Assembly (NCBI RefSeq): GCF_000803625.1 | Contig: NZ_CP007496.1 | Location: 420,001 to 452,000, forward strand | Source: Candidatus Nanosynbacter lyticus | GTDB taxonomy: Bacteria; Patescibacteriota; Saccharimonadia; Saccharimonadales; Saccharimonadaceae | Direction: 5' to 3' | Length of the DNA: 32,000 nt | Shown: positions 9,930 through 17,785 of the stretch, in pieces | Layout: the number at the start of each line of letters is the position of its first letter | Numbering within the stretch: the stretch's first letter is position 1 | Notes under the pieces: model-generated | What the model was told of the DNA's origin: nothing | Seen by the model: only the letters and a program-made list of their open reading frames with translations | The model's database searches: none | Position numbers and translations under genes: made by a program

Positions 9930-10384
9930 TTTAATTTCTTCCGCCATAAAGACAAACGTCCATTAGTGGCTGGAGCTACGCACTTAAAGCCAATTTGTTG
10001 GTAAAATCCTTCAGCAGATCGCAGAGATTCCAGTTCCATAATGCGCGCGATTGGAAATTCACCGCCCAAAGCCTCAATTGCCATTCGTCCAATTCCACGT
10101 TTACGCATCTCTTCTTTGACAAAAAGATCTTCTACTGTGATCTTATCTCCATCGAAACAGACAGTCATAAGCCCAGATGATGATTCCTTGCCCGGAACAT
10201 CAATAGAAAAAACATCGCTACAATAATAGGCGCCCATGCCTGCCACATAAGACGCTAGTTCTTTCTTTGGGCAATCTCCTACAGAAGAGCATCCTAATAT
10301 AAACTCAAGATAAGCCGAAACAGCACGATCTAATGCTATGTCATCATTTACAGACAACTTGGTTAAATTTACTTCAGGATTCAC
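9926..10384 (-). CDS. GNAT-family N-acetyltransferase
   Basis: VKEEMRKRGIGRMAIEALGGE acetyl-CoA-binding motif A; C-terminal FYQQIGFK; GTG start. Confidence 0.8.
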   Translation of the reverse strand: MNPEVNLTKLSVNDDIALDRAVSAYLEFILGCSSVGDCPKKELASYVAGMGAYYCSDVFSIDVPGKESSSGLMTVCFDGDKITVEDLFVKEEMRKRGIGRMAIEALGGEFPIARIMELESLRSAEGFYQQIGFKCVAPATNGRLSLWRKKLN

Positions 10385-10390
10385 TCTGAA

Positions 10391-10419
10391 ACTTTAACAT
10401 AAAAAATATGTTTTGTCAA
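10391..10419 (-). promoter_or_regulatory. Promoter of the GNAT gene TTGACA-17-TAAAGT
   Basis: TTGACA 10419..10414, TGT-TAAAGT (hexamer 10396..10391), then 6 nt to GTG at 10384. Confidence 0.8.
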
Positions 10420-11108
10420 TTTACTTCAGCACACTTTTCCAAAATACTCGACATTGCGCTTTTTTCTGCTTCTGTCACCCATAATCGATACCGTCGCTTT
10501 ACCGCTATCTGGCGCACTACATACTGACAGCGAAATGGCTTATTGCTCGGCAGCCAAGTTGCTGTATCACCATCACCCTTGGCTTGGTTGGCTGGGCCGT
10601 CGACAGCTAATAGATTCAGCGGGTCGTTTGCCAACTTTTCCCGCTCCTCCGCTGACAATTGTTGCGCACCTTTTTGCCAAGCGTCACTCAATGCCACCAC
10701 ATGGTCAATCTGCACTTTAGAACTCGATTTCTCACCACGCTGAAAATGAATAATTTGTCCCGTATAAGGGTCATTAAGTATACCTGACAAAACTCGACAT
10801 TTTTCATCAATCTTCTCATCAGTTAAATCCCGCGCTAAAATCACCTCGCGGACCGAACAGTCATTAATTTTACCCCAGCCATTACCAAACTGCTTACGCG
10901 TATAGCCGGTTTTTGGCGCACGCCCCTTGACTTCCAATTTTCCCAACTCCGCCTTCGCGTTTGAATCGCCAAATAATTCTCGTTGCGTTGATGTTTTGAT
11001 TGTCTGAGTTTCTGGTTGAGCAATTTGTGAAGCCCAAACTCCCGCACCGGCCACCACCACTATAAATATGACTATCACTTGTCGACGCCATATTTTATTC
11101 ACCCTCAT
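10416..11108 (-). CDS. Secreted or membrane-anchored HNH-type nuclease, DUF1524/GmrSD-C-like
   Basis: N-terminal TM/signal; QIDHVVALSDAW...NDPLNLLAVDGPANQAKGDGDTATWLP motif typical of this HNH group. Confidence 0.75.
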   Translation of the reverse strand: MRVNKIWRRQVIVIFIVVVAGAGVWASQIAQPETQTIKTSTQRELFGDSNAKAELGKLEVKGRAPKTGYTRKQFGNGWGKINDCSVREVILARDLTDEKIDEKCRVLSGILNDPYTGQIIHFQRGEKSSSKVQIDHVVALSDAWQKGAQQLSAEEREKLANDPLNLLAVDGPANQAKGDGDTATWLPSNKPFRCQYVVRQIAVKRRYRLWVTEAEKSAMSSILEKCAEVN

Positions 11109-11128
11109 GGCTGTATTATAATAAAACC
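11109..11128. promoter_or_regulatory. 20-bp divergent promoter region with overlapping -10 boxes
   Basis: Palindrome ATTATAAT (11115-11122) gives TATAAT on + (11117-11122) and on - (11120..11115); each is 6 nt from its ATG. Confidence 0.7.
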
Positions 11129-13642
11129 ATGACTAAAGTTCCACGCCTACTCGACACATTTATACCAGACCACTACACATTAACCATCGATTTGACTCGC
11201 GCCGAAGAGAACGCCTTTTCTGGCAAAGTTGTCATTTCTGGCGAATCAACTAGCGAATCAATTTCGCTACACGCCAAAGATTTAACTATTCACTCGGTGC
11301 TAATTGACGACCAACCAGCTGAATTTTCTCACGGAGAGTTTGATGAACTGCGCTTATCGCAATCAGATTTGGCCGCCGGTAAGCATACCATATCAATTGA
11401 TTTTTCCGGAACTATCACCGATTCCATGCACGGATTATACCCTTGCTATTTCACACACGACGGCGTTAAAAAACAGCTGTTTGCCACCCAATTTGAATCA
11501 CACCACGCCCGCGAAGTTTTTCCGTGTGTTGATGAACCAGCCGCCAAAGCGACCTATGACGTAACACTGAAAACTGCGCCGGACTTGACCGTCCTTGGTA
11601 ATATGCCCATCACTGAATCATCTGAAAAGGGTGGCGCGCTGACAACCACATTTGCAACCACGCCGCGGATGAGTAGCTACCTCCTAGCCTTTGTCGTCGG
11701 CGAACTACACAAGAAAACTGCTCACACTAACTCCGGCGTCGAAGTCAATGTTTGGGCGACGTCAGCCCAAAGTGATGAGACGCTGGATTTTGCGCTGGAC
11801 ATTGCTACTCGCTCCATTGATTTTTATGATGAGTACTTTGGCGTGCCGTATCCACTGCCAAAGTCTGACCACGTGGCACTGCCAGATTTCTCGTCTGGTG
11901 CCATGGAAAATTGGGGACTCATCACCTACCGCGAAAGTTGTTTGCTGGCTGACCCAAAATTAACGCCAGAATCGTCCAGACGCTTCATCGCCACGGTCAT
12001 CGCTCACGAGCTCAGCCATCAATGGTTTGGTAATCTGGTGACCATGCAGTGGTGGAATGACCTGTGGCTGAACGAAAGTTTCGCCAATATGATGGAATAC
12101 GTGGCGGTCGACGCGCTACACCCTGAATGGCGGATGTGGGAGGAATTTGCGACGGGCGAAGTCACCGCAGCGCTGCGGCGCGACAGCCTGGACGGCGTGC
12201 AGCCAGTGCAAGCCGACGTTAATCACCCGGACGAGATTAGTACACTGTTTGACCCAGCAATTGTCTATGCTAAAGGCGGGCGGCTGCTGGTCATGGTGCG
12301 GCGGCTCATCGGCGAGGAGGCGTTTCGTGCAGGACTAAAATCATATTTTGAGAAATTTGCTTACCAAAATACCGTTGGCGATGATTTGTGGCAGGAGCTA
12401 GAAACTGCCAGCGGTCAGCCAATTATTAGTCTAATGAACACCTGGATTTCCCAGCCGGGACTGCCGATTGTACAGGTCGAGCAGGATAATTCTGGCGAGC
12501 AACCCGCCGCCACCCTCCGCCAACAGCGCTTTTTCATCGGCGATCATCAGCCATCCAACACATTATGGCCGATTCCACTTTTCGCCAATCAACCACTTGA
12601 CGTAAAAATTCTGGATCAAGAAGAAATAACCATTTCCACCAAAAAACCATTGCAATTAAACTGTGGGTTAAGCGCTCATTTTGTCACTAAATATGACGAA
12701 TCAACTCGTAACAATCTCCTGAAAAACATCCGTGCCTTACCGACTTTAGATAAGATTTGTATTCTACAAGACGCCACCATACTGGCTCGCGCTGGATGTG
12801 AAAGTTCAGCCTGGCTTCTTCCGTTAGCGCTATCCCTAAAAACCGAAAATAATGAAAAAGTTTTCAATATGGCAGCTCGAGCCCTAGCAGAATTACGAAA
12901 ATTTGTTGACGATGACGATATTGCCCGCAATCGTCTAAAACAAATATCTGGCGATTTTGGGCGCGCCACATTCGAGGAATTAGGCTGGGATGAAAAAGTT
13001 GGCGAGTCCGACGACGACCACGAACGGCGCGTCACAGCCTTAGGCTTAATGATCTATAGTGAAAATCAAGAAATTCTACATGAGGCAAAAATCCGTTTTG
13101 ACAACAATAAATTAGAAAAATTACCGACAGAAATTCGCTCTCTGATTATTAGTGCCAATGTTCGACATTTTGAGACTCCAGAAATGATAGACAATCTCTT
13201 TACGATATATAAAGATACGCCATCAAATGACCTACAGGATGACATTGCCGTAGGTCTTACCTCCACACAAAACACAGAAACCGCCAAAAAGATTCTTGAA
13301 AATCTTAAAGATGCCAACATTATTCGCCCACAAGATGCCAGCCGTTGGTTTGTCTATTTAATTCGCACTCGAGAGAATCGCCAAATTGCCTGGAATTGGC
13401 TGAAGGAAAATTGGGCGTGGGTCGAGGATAAGTTTGGTGACGATAAAAGCTACGACGATTTTATTCGCTATGCAGCCACAGCTCTACTGACAAACGACGA
13501 ACTTAACGATTTCCGACAGTTCTTTGAGCCGATGGAAAATATTCCAGCCCTCGCCAGAACAATTAAGCTGGGAATTACCGAAATATCAGCACGGGTTGAG
13601 TTGATTGAGCGAGATAAAGAAGCTGTTATTTTCTCTTTGTAG
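11129..13642 (+). CDS. pepN: M1 family aminopeptidase
   Basis: GAMENWG and HELSHQWFGNLVTMQWWNDLWLNESFA motifs; ERAP1-like C-terminal domain. Confidence 0.92.
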   Translation: MTKVPRLLDTFIPDHYTLTIDLTRAEENAFSGKVVISGESTSESISLHAKDLTIHSVLIDDQPAEFSHGEFDELRLSQSDLAAGKHTISIDFSGTITDSMHGLYPCYFTHDGVKKQLFATQFESHHAREVFPCVDEPAAKATYDVTLKTAPDLTVLGNMPITESSEKGGALTTTFATTPRMSSYLLAFVVGELHKKTAHTNSGVEVNVWATSAQSDETLDFALDIATRSIDFYDEYFGVPYPLPKSDHVALPDFSSGAMENWGLITYRESCLLADPKLTPESSRRFIATVIAHELSHQWFGNLVTMQWWNDLWLNESFANMMEYVAVDALHPEWRMWEEFATGEVTAALRRDSLDGVQPVQADVNHPDEISTLFDPAIVYAKGGRLLVMVRRLIGEEAFRAGLKSYFEKFAYQNTVGDDLWQELETASGQPIISLMNTWISQPGLPIVQVEQDNSGEQPAATLRQQRFFIGDHQPSNTLWPIPLFANQPLDVKILDQEEITISTKKPLQLNCGLSAHFVTKYDESTRNNLLKNIRALPTLDKICILQDATILARAGCESSAWLLPLALSLKTENNEKVFNMAARALAELRKFVDDDDIARNRLKQISGDFGRATFEELGWDEKVGESDDDHERRVTALGLMIYSENQEILHEAKIRFDNNKLEKLPTEIRSLIISANVRHFETPEMIDNLFTIYKDTPSNDLQDDIAVGLTSTQNTETAKKILENLKDANIIRPQDASRWFVYLIRTRENRQIAWNWLKENWAWVEDKFGDDKSYDDFIRYAATALLTNDELNDFRQFFEPMENIPALARTIKLGITEISARVELIERDKEAVIFSL

Positions 13643-13659
13643 ATAATAGCCTATTCAGA

Positions 13660-14319
13660 CTAACGCCAAGCGTTTTGTGTGTTCTGTCTACGTCGATTTT
13701 CTTCCATGTACTCCGCAATATCAATTAATTTTTTAGCACGAGCCCTTAAGGAGGCCGCATTAGTAGGGTACTCTGTCTTGATAATTTCCTCAATAGGACT
13801 CTGATCTCGGCTAGAGTCAGGGATACTAGAATAGGTACCGAACGGAAAGATTTCTACTGTGCGTGACGGAAAAAATCTCCGATAATCACCAAACCCAGTA
13901 AGCCTCTTGGCACCCCTAGACTGGTCAAGTTCTTTAATTTGAGCAGTTTTATCAACTTTAATTCTTACCGTAAAATCAGCATCTTTAGGACCACCTATAG
14001 GTTGACGACGAATATCATCGCCAGGAAAAACATAATTAAAGGAATATAGCGGAACTGAACTCTCTGGAATTTCCTCCTTTATCGGCCCGTCGCAGTCTTC
14101 TATAATCTTCTTTGCCATATCAGCAACAGACCCTTCTTCTAGCTTTGTTCCATCAGAGATAATGCCGAGTTTTTCTGACTCTTTTTTAGCCCAGGGCTTA
14201 TAAGGATGATCTTCATCATCGACAATTACAACCATATCAGCAACTATCCGCGCAGCTAACATTGCGCGACATCGGTCAAACAAAGGACACTCCTCACAAT
14301 TAGGACCGACCAGCGACAC
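13660..14319 (-). CDS. Hypothetical protein with N-terminal CxxCx5C motif
   Basis: Intact 219-aa ORF from GTG, starts MSLVGPNCEECPLFDRC; TTGACA at 14354..14349 upstream. Confidence 0.6.
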   Translation of the reverse strand: MSLVGPNCEECPLFDRCRAMLAARIVADMVVIVDDEDHPYKPWAKKESEKLGIISDGTKLEEGSVADMAKKIIEDCDGPIKEEIPESSVPLYSFNYVFPGDDIRRQPIGGPKDADFTVRIKVDKTAQIKELDQSRGAKRLTGFGDYRRFFPSRTVEIFPFGTYSSIPDSSRDQSPIEEIIKTEYPTNAASLRARAKKLIDIAEYMEENRRRQNTQNAWR

Positions 14320-14427
14320 TAACTTATCTGAATGATTCGATTCACTTTTGTCAAGTTTTATATTACAAAATAAGACTCGTCGTCATAAAAGTAGTGATAT
14401 AGCAAGTATGTATTGACAGCAAATAGC

Positions 14428-15414
14428 CTACTCCAAAGCCACACAATCTTTAACTACAGGCGGATTTCCATCAACAGAAATTGCCAGCATTTGCATATCA
14501 CAGCTTTCATACTGCGGATTTTTGGCAATGAATATTCCAGCAGCAAAACGCATTTGTTGCTGTTTTTTATTTGTAATTGCCGCCAAGCCATCGCCGAAAT
14601 TATCATTTTTCCGATATTTGACCTCTGTAAAATACAAAACTTTATCCTTTTTGCTGACAATATCAATCTCACAGTACCGCGTCCGCCAATTGCGAGCGAT
14701 AATCTCATGACCGTCCGCCACTAGCCAGTCCGCGGCCGTCTGTTCACCTTTGTTGCCAATTTGACGCGTCGTGTCTTTTTGTTGGCTTTTAGACTCTTCC
14801 TCAGACGCATTTTGCGAATTCGACTCAACACCAGCATATTTAGCAAGCGGCGCAAAACTCAGCCGATGTAGCGGCGTCACACCCAGCCGCTTAATCGCTG
14901 CACGGTGCTTTGGCACGCCATAGCCAACGTGCGAAGAAAAATCATATCCCGGATAAATATCATCCTGCTCGGCCATAAATTTATCACGCGCAACCTTTGC
15001 GATAATCGACGCCGCCGAAACGCTCGGAATCAAACCATCAGCCTTTGCTATCATAGTCACATATTTCTCCAGCGGCGTACCTGCCAAAAAATTAACCGTC
15101 CCATCGATGATAATCTCATCAAACGTCGAGCCATTTTTCTGACATTTAGCTTGGATTTCTTTAACTGCGCGCCGAGTTGCCAATTTAAGCGCCTCGCTCA
15201 TTCCTATCTCGTCCAGCTCCTTAGCAGAAACCCAGCCGAGAGCCCAAGACGACGCCTGCTCACGAATCGCCACATCCAATCCTTCACGGCGCTTTTTAGT
15301 CAATTTTTTACTATCATCAAGTCCTTCAATTTCAGCGCCACCCAAAACCACGGCACCAATCACCAACGGCCCCGCCCATGCGCCACGACCAACTTCGTCA
15401 ATCCCTAGAGTCAC
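14428..15414 (-). CDS. rnhB: Ribonuclease HII fused to YraN/UPF0102 endonuclease-like domain
   Basis: N-terminal GIDEVGRGAWAGPLVIGAVVL and SAASIIAKVARD (RNase HII); C-terminal GNKGEQTAADWLVADGHEIIARNWRTRYCEIDIVSKKDKVLYFTEVKYR (YraN) in the same frame. Confidence 0.9.
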   Translation of the reverse strand: MTLGIDEVGRGAWAGPLVIGAVVLGGAEIEGLDDSKKLTKKRREGLDVAIREQASSWALGWVSAKELDEIGMSEALKLATRRAVKEIQAKCQKNGSTFDEIIIDGTVNFLAGTPLEKYVTMIAKADGLIPSVSAASIIAKVARDKFMAEQDDIYPGYDFSSHVGYGVPKHRAAIKRLGVTPLHRLSFAPLAKYAGVESNSQNASEEESKSQQKDTTRQIGNKGEQTAADWLVADGHEIIARNWRTRYCEIDIVSKKDKVLYFTEVKYRKNDNFGDGLAAITNKKQQQMRFAAGIFIAKNPQYESCDMQMLAISVDGNPPVVKDCVALE

Positions 15415-15895
15415 CCGACAGTCTTCCCTTTTTTGTCATAAAATCCGCAATGAGCCAGCCAATCCACACTGCTGACGCTCCCAATGTATTTGCCAAAATA
15501 TCCCAATTGGTATCATCCAGTGTAATACTAGCCAAACCAAATTTGACCATAAATAATTCCGCCAGCTCATTGATGCAGCCGAGTGCTGACACGAGAGCAA
15601 ACAGCGAAAACGCCATCACTAGCCAGCGCGACCGCCAACGCATCACCAACACCAAATATATCCATAGCAATCCCGTAAACAATCCGCCGCCAACGAAATG
15701 CGTGGTAAAACTGGTGTCTCGCCCGCCAATTAACGGAGACGGCAAATACCAGGAAATGAAAAATAATACGCAAGCCAAGCATAATATCCAGCGATATTTT
15801 TTCTCAACATTAAAGCCATTTTTTCTCAAAACGTAAGGAACTATCACCGACAAAGCTATTGGTACGAAAACAGAAATGTAGTGGAATATTTCCAT
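15398..15895 (-). CDS. Hypothetical four-to-five TM membrane protein
   Basis: Hydrophobic 165-aa ORF; ATG 6 nt after extended -10 TGATATAAT; overlaps the rnhB start by 17 bp. Confidence 0.7.
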   Translation of the reverse strand: MEIFHYISVFVPIALSVIVPYVLRKNGFNVEKKYRWILCLACVLFFISWYLPSPLIGGRDTSFTTHFVGGGLFTGLLWIYLVLVMRWRSRWLVMAFSLFALVSALGCINELAELFMVKFGLASITLDDTNWDILANTLGASAVWIGWLIADFMTKKGRLSGDSRD

Positions 15896-15901
15896 ATTAA
15901 A

Positions 15902-15910
15902 ATTATATCA
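15902..15910 (-). promoter_or_regulatory. Extended -10 TGA-TATAAT of the 15895 gene
   Basis: Hexamer 15907..15902, 6 nt before ATG 15895. Confidence 0.6.
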
Positions 15911-15916
15911 CGATAA

Positions 15917-15945
15917 AAAACCGCCTCTGATAAAGAGACGGTTTT
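15917..15945 (-). terminator. Intrinsic terminator after rplS (near-symmetrical)
   Basis: Minus strand AAAACCGTCTC-TTTATCA-GAGGCGGTTTTTT. Confidence 0.85.
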
Positions 15946-15964
15946 AGCAATTCGTTTATATAAA

Positions 15965-16486
15965 CTATGCGTCTTTGTGACGAGCCTCTACTTCAGCAGC
16001 CTTGGCGTCAAGTTCTGCCTGAGCGGCGTCTTTTTCAGCCTGCTTGGCAGCGGCAGCCTGTGCAGCTTCTTCTTTCAGGCGTTCAGCTTCCGCTTCAGCC
16101 TTGGCATCATGCACGTTATTGACAGCCACACGGTCAAAGCTTTTGGCAGTTAAGCGAGCTGACTTACCAGAACGCTTACGTAGGAAGCTGAGGAACTTAC
16201 GGCGGACCTTAGCACGGCGAACAATTTCCACTTTCTCAATCAGTGGGCTGTGCAGCAAGAATGATTTTTCCACGCCGACACCTGACGCAATCTTACGAAC
16301 GGTGATGCGTGAGGTGTGCGAGCCTTTGTTGTCAGTGCGAATAACCACACCTTCAAACATCTGGATACGCTCTTTGTTACCTTCTTTAATCTTTTGATAT
16401 ACACGAACGGTGTCACCGCTACGGGCGTCAACAACTGCTTGCTTTTTCTGTGCTTGATTGACTTTGTTGATTAACTCAAAACTCAT
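15965..16486 (-). CDS. rplS: 50S ribosomal protein L19 with Ala/Glu-rich C-terminal extension
   Basis: L19 core GDTVRVYQKIKEGNKERIQMFEGVVIR...SFLLHSPLIEKVEIVRRAKVRRKFLSFLRKRSGKSARL; about 50-aa charged tail. Confidence 0.93.
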   Translation of the reverse strand: MSFELINKVNQAQKKQAVVDARSGDTVRVYQKIKEGNKERIQMFEGVVIRTDNKGSHTSRITVRKIASGVGVEKSFLLHSPLIEKVEIVRRAKVRRKFLSFLRKRSGKSARLTAKSFDRVAVNNVHDAKAEAEAERLKEEAAQAAAAKQAEKDAAQAELDAKAAEVEARHKDA

Positions 16487-16591
16487 AATATTTCCTATCT
16501 TTCGAACTCACTTTGACGGGCCACGCAGTTGTACCTCTGCGGCTCCACACCAAATAAGACTCGAATATTTAACTCTCGTACAATTACCTAC

Positions 16592-16620
16592 GATAATAAC
16601 ACAAATACATAGAAATATCA
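16592..16620 (-). promoter_or_regulatory. Candidate rplS promoter TTGATA-17-TATTAT, about 100-nt leader
   Basis: TTGATA, 17-nt spacer and TGT-TATTAT upstream of the leader (end coordinates approximate); SD AGGAAA before ATG 16486. Confidence 0.45.
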
Positions 16621-16637
16621 ATTGTATAAAATTGGAG

Positions 16638-16643
16638 TATAAT
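16638..16643 (+). promoter_or_regulatory. -10 TATAAT of the malic enzyme gene
   Basis: 6 nt from ATG at 16650; no SD. Confidence 0.6.
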
Positions 16644-16649
16644 ATAGAT

Positions 16650-17783
16650 ATGGATTACAACAAATTAGCACTTGAATTACACGAAAAATATAAGGGTAAA
16701 ATTACCACCAATTTGCGCGACCAGGAGGAGTTGGACCGAGACAAATTAAGCGCCTATTACAGCCCAGGTGTTGGCGCAGTCAGCCAAGCAATCGCCGAAA
16801 ATCCAGCCGATTTGCCTAAGTACACCTGGACTAATAATTTAGTTGGCGTCATTTCTGACGGTTCAGCAATTTTAGGCTTGGGCGATTTGGGACCAAAAGC
16901 CGCCATGCCAGTCATGGAAGGCAAGGCGCTGCTGTTCAAGCATTTTGCTGATGTTGACGCTGTGCCAGTTGTGCTGGACGTTCACGACACGGAAGAAATT
17001 ATCGCCACAATTAAGGCAATTGCGCCGAGCTTTGGAGCCATCAACTTGGAGGATATCGCTGCACCAAAGTGTTTTGAGATTGAAGAGCGTCTGAAGGCTG
17101 AGTTGGACATTCCTGTTTTTCACGATGACCAGCATGGCACGGCGGTCGTGGTGTTGGCGGGGCTAATCAACGCCGCGAAACTAACTGAACGAAGCCTGAC
17201 AGACTGTAAAATCGTAGTCATTGGTGCTGGGGCGGCTGGCACGGCGATTATTAAATTGCTGCACCTATACGGCGTGCGGAACATCGTGGCAGTGGACAGC
17301 CGCGGCATCGTTGGCGCGTCTCGCACAGATTTGAATGCGGAAAAAACTGCGCTTTTAGAATACGTAGATGATTCGCAAGACGGCTCAATTGACGATGCAA
17401 TCACTGACGCTGACGTGTTCATCGGTGTGTCGCGAGCTGGCCTGCTAACTCCTGAATTAGTTCAGAAAATGGCGAAAGATCCAATTGTCTTTGCCCTAGC
17501 AAACCCAGTCCCAGAAATCATGCCAGATGTTGCCAAAGAAGCAGGCGTAGCAATCATCGCCACTGGCCGCAGCGATTTCCCAAACCAAGTCAACAACTCC
17601 CTAGCCTTCCCTGGCATCTTCCGCGGAGCACTCGATCACGGAGTGAAAAAAATCACCGATCAGCACAAATTGGCGGCTGCTGAAGCGCTAGCTAACCTGG
17701 TCGAAAATCCAACCGTCGACAAAGTCGTTCCAACTGCATTTGATGAGGGTGTTGTTGAAGCTGTTGCGAATGTCATTAGATAA
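16650..17783 (+). CDS. NAD(P)-dependent malic enzyme
   Basis: YYSPGVGAVSQAIAENP, KALLFKHFADVDAVP, FHDDQHGTAVVVLAG, GAGAAGTA motifs. ORF track opens at 16458, but homology begins MDYNKLALELHEKYKGK at 16650. Confidence 0.92.
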   Translation: MDYNKLALELHEKYKGKITTNLRDQEELDRDKLSAYYSPGVGAVSQAIAENPADLPKYTWTNNLVGVISDGSAILGLGDLGPKAAMPVMEGKALLFKHFADVDAVPVVLDVHDTEEIIATIKAIAPSFGAINLEDIAAPKCFEIEERLKAELDIPVFHDDQHGTAVVVLAGLINAAKLTERSLTDCKIVVIGAGAAGTAIIKLLHLYGVRNIVAVDSRGIVGASRTDLNAEKTALLEYVDDSQDGSIDDAITDADVFIGVSRAGLLTPELVQKMAKDPIVFALANPVPEIMPDVAKEAGVAIIATGRSDFPNQVNNSLAFPGIFRGALDHGVKKITDQHKLAAAEALANLVENPTVDKVVPTAFDEGVVEAVANVIR

Positions 17784-17785
17784 GC

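Noticed and set aside
12676-13035. 119-aa minus-strand ORF inside pepN
   Set aside because: Fully antisense to a well-supported M1 aminopeptidase; composition looks like a shadow ORF, with no SD or promoter.
16495-16520. GAGTTCGAA on the minus strand as a possible tRNA T-arm
   Set aside because: No cloverleaf, acceptor stem or anticodon arm could be built around it.
16458-16649. N-terminal extension of the malic enzyme ORF in the track
   Set aside because: The extension crosses the rplS start and has no family similarity; ATG 16650 fits both homology and the -10 spacing.
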